NCBI GenBank assembly: GCA_963677895.2
Contig: CAXXGJ010000006.1
Span: 320,001-384,000 of the forward strand
Direction of reading: 5' to 3'
From: Treponemataceae bacterium
Lineage (GTDB): Bacteria; Spirochaetota; Spirochaetia; Treponematales; Rectinemataceae
DNA: 64,000 bases
Shown: piece by piece, positions 27,810 to 36,394 of the stretch
Numbering within the stretch: the stretch's first letter is position 1
How the letters are laid out: every line of letters starts with the position of its first letter
Program-made: the position numbers and the translations under genes
The notes under the pieces: generated by a model
What the model saw: only the letters and a program-made list of their open reading frames with translations
Told to the model about the DNA's origin: nothing
Database searches by the model: none

Positions 27810-28841
27810 ATGAAACATTTTCTTTTCATTATCGCCGCGGCGACCATTTTCTTTTTCCCCGCAACCACCCTTTTTGCCTTCGATTACGTTCCGGTACAAA
27901 TTTCCGTCGTCCCGGGCGTAGCCCTGCCCTTCAGCGCCGACCGGGCCGGCATCGTGCTGGGTTCGATCGGAAACATATCGGGCAGAGTGGACCTTCTCCA
28001 GGCGGCCGGCGTCTTCAACATCGCCGATGATATTCGCGGATTGCAGGCCGCGGGCGTCTTCAACATCGCCGACGACACCATGGAAGGCATTCAGGCGGCC
28101 GGCGTGTTCAACATAGCGGGAGATGCCTATACCCCCGTGCAGCTGGCTGGCGTATTCAACATAGCGGATGGCGTGGAGGGGATCCAGGCCGCCGGTGTGT
28201 TCAATATTGCCGGTGATGTCGATGGGGCGCAGGTCTCGCCGGTGTTCAACATAGCGGACGACGTGCGCGGATTCCAGGTGGGAATCGTCAACGTGGCCGA
28301 TCGCGTGGATGGCATTCAACTTGGACTCGTGAACATATCCTCCAATGGCGTCTTCGAACTATCGGGATCCTGGGAATCTCAAACCGAGTATGTCTACGGA
28401 ACCTTGAAGACGGGCAATACCTCGGTCTTCGGGATTTACTCGATCGCCATGCCTCGAGACGATTGGTTCAATATTCCCGATAACACCGTGCTGTCGGCGG
28501 GACTGGGAACGAGGATCGGCGACTCGCGCAGCCTCCATCTCGATCTCGCGGTATCGGCTTCCCAGGCGACGGGACCGGACATAGACGGATTTTTCGATGC
28601 TTTGGGCTATCGCGGCGGCCGCAGACCGGAAGATGTCCTGGCTCCCTGGCCAACCCTCGACGCGAGCCTTTCCCTGAAGCTGGGCGCGCTCCGCCTGACC
28701 GGAGGCTTCCGCTCCGACATCCTGCTCGCCGCGGCGCCGAACCTGCCATCCGCCCTCGCGAAAGGCTGGGCCTTCTCCGACACGTGGTTCGGCGAGAGCT
28801 TCACGGCCTGGACCAAATGGTACATCGGCGTGGGATTCTGA
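27810..28841 (+). CDS. Secreted/outer-membrane repeat protein (LA_2272-like surface repeats)
   Basis: Signal peptide, about 8 repeats of GxQxAGVFNIA, C-terminal YIGVGF. Confidence 0.8.
   Translation: MKHFLFIIAAATIFFFPATTLFAFDYVPVQISVVPGVALPFSADRAGIVLGSIGNISGRVDLLQAAGVFNIADDIRGLQAAGVFNIADDTMEGIQAAGVFNIAGDAYTPVQLAGVFNIADGVEGIQAAGVFNIAGDVDGAQVSPVFNIADDVRGFQVGIVNVADRVDGIQLGLVNISSNGVFELSGSWESQTEYVYGTLKTGNTSVFGIYSIAMPRDDWFNIPDNTVLSAGLGTRIGDSRSLHLDLAVSASQATGPDIDGFFDALGYRGGRRPEDVLAPWPTLDASLSLKLGALRLTGGFRSDILLAAAPNLPSALAKGWAFSDTWFGESFTAWTKWYIGVGF
27999..28343 (+). repeat. In-frame coding tandem repeats (42-48 bp units)
   Basis: Repeated CAGGCGGCCGGCGT(C/G)TTCAACAT(C/A)GC core. Confidence 0.85.
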
Positions 28842-28922
28842 CTATACCTTCAAGCGAAAAATATCCTATAGTTGGGGACATCCCGCGAAAATAGTCGCGC
28901 GCGATCGAAGAGGCTATTTACA

Positions 28923-30245
28923 ATGGATGTCCTGCTCGGTGTACTGCTGACGTTTCTGCTGCTGGTATTTTCCGTCCTGAATGGAGTATTTGTCGGCTTT
29001 GCCTTGCTCGCCGGCTTTTTCGCCTTCGCGTTCATAGCCTGGAAAAGAAAGTTCTCGGTGAAGGCGATCGCCGGGATGGCTTGGATTGGCGGCGGCAAGG
29101 CTTTGCATGTAATAAGAGTACTCGTGCTGATAGGCGGACTCACCAGCGTCTGGATGGCTTCGGGTACGGTACCCGGAATCATCTATTATGGAATCACCTA
29201 CCTGAACCCGAAATACTTTCTCCTATACGCCTTCCTCATAAGCAGCTTAGTATCGTTTCTCCTTGGAACCTCGCTGGGCACGGCGAGCACGATAGGCGTG
29301 GCCCTGGCCCTCATCGCCAGGAGCGGAAACATAAACATGAGCATGCTCGCGGGCGCCGTCATGTCGGGCGTCTATTTCGGCGACCGCTGCTCGCCCATGT
29401 CTTCGAGCGCCTATCTGGTAGCCACTCTGACCGGGACCAAGCAGCACGCGAATATAAAGAATATGCTGAAGAGCGGCGCTCTTCCCTTCGTTGCCGCGCT
29501 TGTCTGCTACCTCATCCTCTCGCTCCTGAACCCTCTGACTTCCCTCGCCATGAAGACTACAGGCGAGATCCTGAAGGCTTTCGACATCAATCTTCTGGTC
29601 CTGGTGCCGGTCCTTCTGGTCCTCCTTTTCTCCCTGCTGAGAGCCAGAATCGAATATACGATCTTGATCGGTCTCGTTTCCGCTTTCGGCATCGCCATGG
29701 CGCTGAACCACTACGGCTTTCTGGAGCTGGCGCGTTTTATCGTCACGGGCTTCGCCATGGAACCCGAGAGTCCTCTGCGGAGCATGCTGAAAGGCGGCGG
29801 ACTCCTTTCCATGGTGAAGGCTTCGATCGTCGTCATGATTTCCTGCGCGCTTTCGGGCATTTATGAGGGAACCGGCATGCTGAAAGATATAGAGACGCTG
29901 ATGATGAAGGCTAAGAGCCGTAGAAGCCTCTTCGTCCATACCCTGGCGGTCAGCCTGGGAACGGCTTCCTTCGGCTGCAGCCAGACGATCGCGACCGTCC
30001 TTACCCATCAGATAATGAGGAAAAGCTACGAGTCCAGGAAAATCGACCAGTATCAGTTCGCGCTCGATCTCGAAAATACGGGCATCGTTCTGGCAGCCAT
30101 GATTCCATGGAACGTCGCGGCTTTCGCGGTTACGTCGACCATCGGCGTGGACAGCGTCGGGTATCTGCCCTATGCCTTTTATCTGTATCTACTTCCGCTT
30201 TTCGGCATTTCCGGGATAGGAAGCTGGCGAAAACTCAAATCATAG
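28923..30245 (+). CDS. Na+/H+ antiporter NhaC family transporter
   Basis: WMASGTVPGIIYYG, GTSLGTASTIG, SGVYFGDRCSPMSSS, MIPWN. Confidence 0.9.
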   Translation: MDVLLGVLLTFLLLVFSVLNGVFVGFALLAGFFAFAFIAWKRKFSVKAIAGMAWIGGGKALHVIRVLVLIGGLTSVWMASGTVPGIIYYGITYLNPKYFLLYAFLISSLVSFLLGTSLGTASTIGVALALIARSGNINMSMLAGAVMSGVYFGDRCSPMSSSAYLVATLTGTKQHANIKNMLKSGALPFVAALVCYLILSLLNPLTSLAMKTTGEILKAFDINLLVLVPVLLVLLFSLLRARIEYTILIGLVSAFGIAMALNHYGFLELARFIVTGFAMEPESPLRSMLKGGGLLSMVKASIVVMISCALSGIYEGTGMLKDIETLMMKAKSRRSLFVHTLAVSLGTASFGCSQTIATVLTHQIMRKSYESRKIDQYQFALDLENTGIVLAAMIPWNVAAFAVTSTIGVDSVGYLPYAFYLYLLPLFGISGIGSWRKLKS

Positions 30246-30258
30246 CAGACGAGGAACC

Positions 30259-31608
30259 ATGGAACATAACGACGCGCAATACGCAAAAATGACACAGCTG
30301 CCTATAGGAAGGCTGATTTCGTCGCTGGCTGTCCCGACGATCATAAGCATGCTGGTAACCTCGATCTACAATATGGCCGATACTTTTTTCGTTTCCAGGA
30401 TCGGGACGAGCGCGTCTGCGGCGGTAGGAATCGTGTTTTCCCTCATGGCGATCATCCAGGCCGCGGGATTCACCATCGGCATGGGTTCGGGCAGCTGGAT
30501 TTCCCGGCTGCTCGGAATGCATAGGACCGAGGAGGCGAACAAGGTCGCCTCGAGCGGATTCTTCATGTCCATCTTCTTGGGAATACTGCTCGCCATTGCC
30601 GGCGTCATTTTCATCGATTCTCTCATGCACATACTGGGCGCGACCGATACCATCCTGCCCTACGCCAAGGCTTACGCGAGCTATATCCTGCTTGCCGCGC
30701 CCATCATGATGGCTTCTTTCGTGCTCAACAACATCCTGCGCTCGGAAGGCAAGGCCAAATTCGCCATGATCGGCATCGCGACGGGCGGCATCCTCAACTG
30801 CGGCCTGGATCCGCTTTTCATCTTCACGTTCAGGATGGGCATCGCGGGAGCGGCCGTCGCTACCGCCCTCAGTCAGCTCATAAGCTTCATCATTCTCCTG
30901 GCTGTCTTTCTGAACGGCAGGACTATCGTGAAGATTGGCGCGGGGAGCATGGCGAAAAGACCCGATACCTATCTGCGGATCATAAAAAACGGGCTTCCAT
31001 CTTTCTGCCGGCAGGGGCTCGCGAGCGTTTCCACCGTCGCGTTGAACGTGAGCGCGGCCTTCTATGGCGACGCCGCCGTGGCGGCGATGTCCATCGTCAC
31101 GAAGATTTTCATGTTCATCTTCTCGATCATTCTCGGTGTCGGGCAGGGATATCAGCCGGTGGTAGGGTATAACTATGGCGCGAAAAAGATGGGGCGAGTC
31201 AAGGAAGCCTTTTTTTTCACGTTGAAAACCAATGTCGCGGTGATGACCACCTGCGCGATAGCGGGATACCTGGCCGCCCCGGCGCTGATCAGACTTTTCA
31301 TAGCCAGCGACGCTGAGGTGATTCGCGTCGGAACCGTGGCTCTACGCGCGCAGTGTCTCGCGATGCCGCTTATGCCCCTTGGCGTGATGTGCAACATGAC
31401 CTTTCAGTCCATCGGGAAATCTTGGACGGCGACGATTTTATCGGCGGCCAGGCAGGGCATCTTCTTTCTGCCGCTGATCCTCGTCCTGCCGGGATTTTTC
31501 GGTCTGCTGGGCGTCCAGATCACCCAGCCGCTGGCCGATCTCTGTACCTTCCTGTTCTGCATCCCCTTCATTCTGCGCTTTTTCAGGGAACTGAAGACCC
31601 AAGCGTAA
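30259..31608 (+). CDS. MATE family efflux transporter
   Basis: LAVPTIISMLVTSIYNMADTFFVS, LDPLFIF, QPVVGYNYGA. Confidence 0.95.
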   Translation: MEHNDAQYAKMTQLPIGRLISSLAVPTIISMLVTSIYNMADTFFVSRIGTSASAAVGIVFSLMAIIQAAGFTIGMGSGSWISRLLGMHRTEEANKVASSGFFMSIFLGILLAIAGVIFIDSLMHILGATDTILPYAKAYASYILLAAPIMMASFVLNNILRSEGKAKFAMIGIATGGILNCGLDPLFIFTFRMGIAGAAVATALSQLISFIILLAVFLNGRTIVKIGAGSMAKRPDTYLRIIKNGLPSFCRQGLASVSTVALNVSAAFYGDAAVAAMSIVTKIFMFIFSIILGVGQGYQPVVGYNYGAKKMGRVKEAFFFTLKTNVAVMTTCAIAGYLAAPALIRLFIASDAEVIRVGTVALRAQCLAMPLMPLGVMCNMTFQSIGKSWTATILSAARQGIFFLPLILVLPGFFGLLGVQITQPLADLCTFLFCIPFILRFFRELKTQA

Positions 31609-31652
31609 TCGAGGGCCGGCAGGGCGCGGATGAGGCCGCCGATGAGGGGCAG

Positions 31653-32696
31653 CTAGGGCTGGCGCAGAAGATCCATGTAGCCTGCCAGCGACTCGCAGCG
31701 GAAACCCTTGAAGCCAGTCACCGAGGAAGCGCAGACCATGGAATTCAGCACCGCTTCCTCGGCGCTTTCCGCCGAGGCCCTGAAGAGAAGCTCGAGGCGC
31801 TCTTCCCTGACCATCGAAATCTCGATGATGTCGCTGTCGCCGGAAACGCTCTGGGCCGTCGAAAATCCCAGGAACACCTCGCCCGAGCCGTGGCCGATGA
31901 AGGAACCCAGGCGCGCCAGACCGACCGATCCGCGCTTGATCACGCGTTTGAGCTGGCGGCTCGACAGCGGCGCGTCGGTGGCGAATACGAGGATGACGGA
32001 GCCTTTGTCTTCGTTGTTGACGGCTTCCCGCTTTTTCATGATTTCCCGGCCGATGGGCTGGCCGGCTATCGTCAGGTCGCCCAGGCGTCCGTGGTTGGTG
32101 AGCGCCATGACGCCCAGCGTGAATTCCCTGCCACCGAGGGTGAATATTCTCGAGGCCGAGCCGATCCCGCCCTTTAGGCCGTGGCAGATCATGCCCTTGC
32201 CGGCGCCTACGTCGCCTTCCGGGAAATCCTCCCTGGCGTCGGCGACCGCCTTCTCCACATGTTCGGCGCGCACCACTCTGCGCTTTATGTCATTGAGGTT
32301 GGAATCGTTGCACTCCATCACGATCGGATTCACGGAGCGCAGTTCCACGGCATCCTTTTCGCAGCGTTCGATCATGTAGCCGACGGCCGCGTCGTGGACG
32401 AGTCCCACATTGAGGGTGTTGGTGAGGAAAATCGGAGTCTCGATGCAACCCAATTCCTCGATCTGAAGCAGACCTTGGCTTTTGCCGAATCCGTTCAGGA
32501 TGAAGGCCGCGGCGGGAAGTTTGCGCGAGAAAGGATTCGCGGTCGATGGCGATATGAAGGTCACGCCGGTTTTATTTACGTCGGTATCGATCGTGCAATG
32601 CCCCACGAGAACGTCCTTGACGTCGCTTATCTTGTTGAGCCTGCCCGTCTTCATCTCGCCGATTTCAATTCCGTAATCACGTATGCGCTTCTGCAT
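31653..32696 (-). CDS. dmpA: DmpA / P1 (S58) family aminopeptidase
   Basis: ISDVKDVLVGH, NGFGKSQG, LTNTLNVG, GLKGGIGSASR, ATDAPL, autocleavage GHG/SG. Confidence 0.9.
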   Translation of the reverse strand: MQKRIRDYGIEIGEMKTGRLNKISDVKDVLVGHCTIDTDVNKTGVTFISPSTANPFSRKLPAAAFILNGFGKSQGLLQIEELGCIETPIFLTNTLNVGLVHDAAVGYMIERCEKDAVELRSVNPIVMECNDSNLNDIKRRVVRAEHVEKAVADAREDFPEGDVGAGKGMICHGLKGGIGSASRIFTLGGREFTLGVMALTNHGRLGDLTIAGQPIGREIMKKREAVNNEDKGSVILVFATDAPLSSRQLKRVIKRGSVGLARLGSFIGHGSGEVFLGFSTAQSVSGDSDIIEISMVREERLELLFRASAESAEEAVLNSMVCASSVTGFKGFRCESLAGYMDLLRQP

Positions 32697-32857
32697 GGTT
32701 TACCCCTGATCAGCTGTCGCGAAATATCATCTTTTGCATAATAGCCTCCGGCGATATTCGTGACCAGCTCGAGCTTGGCTTCGGGGCAGAAGGCAAGACG
32801 TCGATTGCGGGTTTTGCGAGTAAAACAACGCGGAAAATTTCGAGATGAATATTTCTA

Positions 32858-32885
32858 TTGACAAGTCGTAGAGTTAGGGTATTAT
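32858..32885 (+). promoter_or_regulatory. Sigma70-type promoter of the opine dehydrogenase gene
   Basis: TTGACA-N16-TATTAT. Confidence 0.75.
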
Positions 32886-32892
32886 TGTAGTT

Positions 32893-32918
32893 GTATTGGT
32901 ATACCGGTATGCCAATAC
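32893..32918. promoter_or_regulatory. Palindromic FadR/GntR-type operator 1
   Basis: GTATTGGTATACCGGTATGCCAATAC, a 26-bp palindrome with one mismatched pair, just downstream of the -10. Confidence 0.75.
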
Positions 32919-32969
32919 CGATGTCGTCTGAACATCCGAAGGTTATCGTTCTTGCGTCGAGGTATGGTT

Positions 32970-34055
32970 GTGAAAATTGCAGTTCTGGGTGGCGGCGGCG
33001 GCGCTCATGCCATGGCGGCGGATTTGGCGCTGGCCGGTCATGAGATCAGGATGGCCGAGTTGCCTTCAATGGCCGAAAACATCGCCGCCGTGCAGGCATT
33101 GGGCGGCATACAGCTCACGGGAATGGCCCCGATGGGGGGCAGTCCCGGCTTCGCGCGTCTCGCGCTCATCACGGCGAATATTCCCGAGGCGGTCGAGAAC
33201 GCCGAACTTGTGATGGTTGTCGTTCCCGCCTATGGACACGAAGCATTCATGCGCGAGCTCATCGGCTGCGTCCGGAAAGACCAGGCGGTTATTTTTCATT
33301 CCAGCTATTTTTCCTCATTGATATTCGCGAAAATGCTCAAGGAGGCGGGGCGCGAGGGCGAGATCCTCTTCGGGGAAACCACGTCACTGCTGTACCTTGC
33401 CCATCTGAGAGGAGCGGGCAGGGTCTGGATCAAGGCGGGGAAGCGCCGGATGCCCTTCGCGGCCTTTCCCGCCAGTCGCACCGAAGAAGTTTTAAAGCGC
33501 GTCAACCTCGTCTATCCCCAGTTGGTGCCCGCCAAAAATGTGTTCGATACGAGCCTGAACGAAGCCGGCGTCCTCGTCCATCCGGTCACCACGCTGCTGA
33601 ACCTTAGCCGCATTGAGCGGAATGGTCCATACAAGAGTAATTACTATGATCTCACTCCCGGAATCGGAAAGGTTATGGATGTCGTCGACGGCGAAAGACA
33701 GGCGGTCCAGCGTGCGCTGGGACTTCCTCCCGTTTCCTTGCCTTCGATGATCCACGACTTTTTCAATGTTTCGGGCAAAAATTGCTATGAAGCGATCTAC
33801 AACTGCCCCAATTACAGCAAACAGACGACGCCGGACGGGCTTGAGCACCGCTATATAAGCGAGGATGTGCCGTTTGGCCTGGTTCCCACGACGGCCATCG
33901 GCGAGCAGATGGGATTGGATATGTCGACGACCCGGAGCATCGTCCAGTTGGCTTGTTCCGCGGCCGGAAAAGATTTCTGGAAGGAAGGCCGCTCGCTGGA
34001 AGCCATGGGCCTAAGCGGCATGGACTCCGCGCAGATGCTTCGCTATGTCAGCTGA
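32970..34055 (+). CDS. NAD/NADP octopine/nopaline (opine) dehydrogenase family protein
   Basis: IAVLGGGGGAHAMAADL, VVPAYGH, LVHP, VDGERQAV, HRYISEDVPFGLVP; GTG start 32970 (ATG 32964 possible). Confidence 0.9.
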   Translation: MKIAVLGGGGGAHAMAADLALAGHEIRMAELPSMAENIAAVQALGGIQLTGMAPMGGSPGFARLALITANIPEAVENAELVMVVVPAYGHEAFMRELIGCVRKDQAVIFHSSYFSSLIFAKMLKEAGREGEILFGETTSLLYLAHLRGAGRVWIKAGKRRMPFAAFPASRTEEVLKRVNLVYPQLVPAKNVFDTSLNEAGVLVHPVTTLLNLSRIERNGPYKSNYYDLTPGIGKVMDVVDGERQAVQRALGLPPVSLPSMIHDFFNVSGKNCYEAIYNCPNYSKQTTPDGLEHRYISEDVPFGLVPTTAIGEQMGLDMSTTRSIVQLACSAAGKDFWKEGRSLEAMGLSGMDSAQMLRYVS

Positions 34056-34077
34056 TTCAGAATTGTGAATATAAGCA

Positions 34078-34105
34078 TTGACAAATCCGAATAGTGGACT
34101 ATTAT
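34078..34105 (+). promoter_or_regulatory. Sigma70-type promoter of the regulator operon
   Basis: TTGACA-N16-TATTAT, same hexamers as 32858. Confidence 0.75.
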
Positions 34106-34109
34106 GGGA

Positions 34110-34139
34110 TTTGGTATACCGGTATATCAGTATACCAAA
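34110..34139. promoter_or_regulatory. Palindromic FadR/GntR-type operator 2
   Basis: TTTGGTATAC-N10-GTATACCAAA; shares TTGGTATACCGGTAT with operator 1. Confidence 0.75.
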
Positions 34140-34161
34140 AAATACATAAGCTGGAGGCTTC

Positions 34162-34923
34162 ATGCGAACGGATATGATCGAACCTCTTGACCGATCGACT
34201 TCTTCCGGCGGGAGCATGCTGTATACGCAGATCTTCCACCAGATTCGTCAGTGGATCAGGGAAGGCAAGCTCAAGGAAGGCGATATGCTTCCTTCCGAAC
34301 GCGATCTTGCGCAGTTATTCGACGTAAGCCGGGTTCCTGTTCGTGAAGCGCTGAAAATACTGGAATTCACCGGTGTCGCGGAACAGGTACGCGGCAAAGG
34401 CCTTTTCATCAAGAAGATCAGCATCAACAACCTGATAAGCAACATCGACTTCGTGTTGATGGACAGCGCGCACACCTTGCTGGATCTTTTCGAGGCGCGC
34501 GAAGGAATCGAGATACAGGCCGCGTCTCTTGCCGCGCAGCGATGGAATGAGGGCGATATGGCCATCATGGAAGAAGCCATAGCCTCCATGGAAAGGAAAC
34601 TCCGTACCGGAGAGGAGATCCTGGACACGTCGATGAGTTTCCATACGGCGGTCATCGCGGCTTCGCACAATAAAGCCATGTGGGAAATCAATCTTTACAT
34701 TTCAGACTGGCTGCATATCGCCAGGGAAGCCATCTACAAGCAGACGACGCTGCACGAGGAAGGCCTGCACGATCACCAGGAGATTCTCGACAGAATCAGG
34801 CATCACGACAGCGAGGGCGCCGCCCAGAAAATGAAAAACCACCTGATACGCTCCAAGAAAGTGATAGAAGAGGCTGTCGCCGCCGCGGCGCTATCGACCA
34901 ATACCAAAGCATCCAAGGAATAG
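34162..34923 (+). CDS. FadR/GntR family transcriptional regulator
   Basis: LPSERDLAQLFDVSRVPVREALKIL HTH; FCD domain FH...ASHN...DH. Confidence 0.95.
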   Translation: MRTDMIEPLDRSTSSGGSMLYTQIFHQIRQWIREGKLKEGDMLPSERDLAQLFDVSRVPVREALKILEFTGVAEQVRGKGLFIKKISINNLISNIDFVLMDSAHTLLDLFEAREGIEIQAASLAAQRWNEGDMAIMEEAIASMERKLRTGEEILDTSMSFHTAVIAASHNKAMWEINLYISDWLHIAREAIYKQTTLHEEGLHDHQEILDRIRHHDSEGAAQKMKNHLIRSKKVIEEAVAAAALSTNTKASKE

Positions 34924-34927
34924 CATC

Positions 34928-35920
34928 ATGCAGAAAATTGAACGAGTGAAGAAGGCCCTCCGGGGAGAGGCCGTCGACCGGATACCCTACAGTATCTGGA
35001 CGCATTTCCCGATCGTCGATCTGGATGCGGCCGGGCTCGCGAAGAGCACGATGGCTTTCTATCGCGAGTACGACCTCGATTTCGTGAAGAGCATGCCGAA
35101 CGGGATGTTCTCGATAGAAGACTACGACTGCGGATGCGATTTCAGCGAAGTGCCCAAGGGCGGAGTGGCCAAGGCCACGAAGCTGGCGGTGACGGAGCCT
35201 TCCGATTGGGAGAAGTTGAGCGATCTCGATATTGAAAGCGGCGCCCTCGGTAGGGAGCTGAAATCGCTCAACCTTATTCTGGACGAGATCCGTGGCGAAG
35301 CGCCGGTGATCGCCACGGTGTTCTCTCCTCTCACGACGGCGCTGAAACTTTCCGGGCCGAACCTGATGGCGCATATTCAGACGGATCCAGAAAAAGTGAA
35401 AACCGGATTGGATATCCTCACTTCGACCACCAGGCGCTTTGCCGAAAAGGCCATTGAAATGGGCTGCGCCGGCATCTTTCTCGCGAGCCAAATGGCGCAG
35501 CGCGACAGGATGAGCGAAGCGGAATACAGTGAATTCGGTCTTCCCTATGACCTTCGTGTGCTCGAAGCCGTCAAGGCGAAGTCCTGGTTCAATATCATGC
35601 ATATCCACGGCGATGACATACTGTTCGATCTCCTGAAGGACTATCCGGTGCAGGGCCTAAGCTGGCATGTCTGGGAGACGGACCCGACGGTCGGGGAATT
35701 CGTGACGGCGGACACGGGCAAATGCCTCGTGGGCGGGCTTCGGAGATTCAAGATCACCGAAGGCGAGCTTCCCGAAATCGCGAAGGATATCTCGGAAACG
35801 ATACGGCAGACCGGAGGCAGGCGGCTTTTCCTGGCGCCTGGCTGCGAAATACGCGCGCCCTACAATGCGGCCGCGTTCGAATTCATCAAGCGCGCTATCC
35901 ACGAAACGGCTTCGAAATAG
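34928..35920 (+). CDS. Uroporphyrinogen decarboxylase-like (URO-D/CIMS superfamily) protein
   Basis: ERVKKALRGEAVDRIP, WTHF, TVFSPLT, YSEFGLPYD, MHIHG, LAPGCEI. Confidence 0.85.
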   Translation: MQKIERVKKALRGEAVDRIPYSIWTHFPIVDLDAAGLAKSTMAFYREYDLDFVKSMPNGMFSIEDYDCGCDFSEVPKGGVAKATKLAVTEPSDWEKLSDLDIESGALGRELKSLNLILDEIRGEAPVIATVFSPLTTALKLSGPNLMAHIQTDPEKVKTGLDILTSTTRRFAEKAIEMGCAGIFLASQMAQRDRMSEAEYSEFGLPYDLRVLEAVKAKSWFNIMHIHGDDILFDLLKDYPVQGLSWHVWETDPTVGEFVTADTGKCLVGGLRRFKITEGELPEIAKDISETIRQTGGRRLFLAPGCEIRAPYNAAAFEFIKRAIHETASK

Positions 35921-35934
35921 AGGGAGGAGTTGAT

Positions 35935-36381
35935 ATGAAGAAAAAGCTGCAGGCAGGCGCCTGGGCAGGGATTGTTTTCCTGGCTATAGGCATTCTTTTC
36001 TTTGCCTACTCGCTGATATACCCATATTCTAGCGAGGTCGGACCCGGTTCCGGGTTCTTCCCGATATGGATTTCGGGCTTCCTGATCGTTCTGGCCCTGA
36101 TCTACATCTATGAAAGCGTCAAGGGGAACGACTCGGCGGAAGAAATAACCAAAGAGAGTTTCATGAAAGTTCTCATGATCATCATCTTCATGGTCCTCTT
36201 CGTGCTTTTCCTACCCGTCGCGGGCTTCAATATCAGCGGTACGGCATTCCTGTTCGCCATGTTCTTCAAGTCCTACGGGTTGGCGAAAAACCTGATAATT
36301 TCCATCGTCTCGACTTTGGCGATCTATTTCCTGTTCTTGTTGCTGGGCGTGCAGTTGCCACTGAACGCGCTCGGATTCTAG
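35935..36381 (+). CDS. tctB: Tripartite tricarboxylate transporter TctB
   Basis: Four TMs, GPGSGFFP, LGVQLP; ATG after GGAGGAG. Confidence 0.88.
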   Translation: MKKKLQAGAWAGIVFLAIGILFFAYSLIYPYSSEVGPGSGFFPIWISGFLIVLALIYIYESVKGNDSAEEITKESFMKVLMIIIFMVLFVLFLPVAGFNISGTAFLFAMFFKSYGLAKNLIISIVSTLAIYFLFLLLGVQLPLNALGF

Positions 36382-36394
36382 GAGGCGGTACGAT

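Noticed and set aside
27999..28343. Regularly spaced repeats resembling a CRISPR array
   Set aside because: Units are in-frame multiples of 3, vary at wobble positions, have very short 'spacers', lie in a signal-peptide ORF, and no cas genes are present.
28842..28922. T-box or SAM/lysine riboswitch upstream of the NhaC-family gene
   Set aside because: The intergenic region is only about 80 bp and shows no conserved riboswitch motifs.
34928..35920. hemE (haem biosynthesis) assignment
   Set aside because: It lacks the HemE RQAGR motif and has no tetrapyrrole gene context; kept as URO-D-like only.
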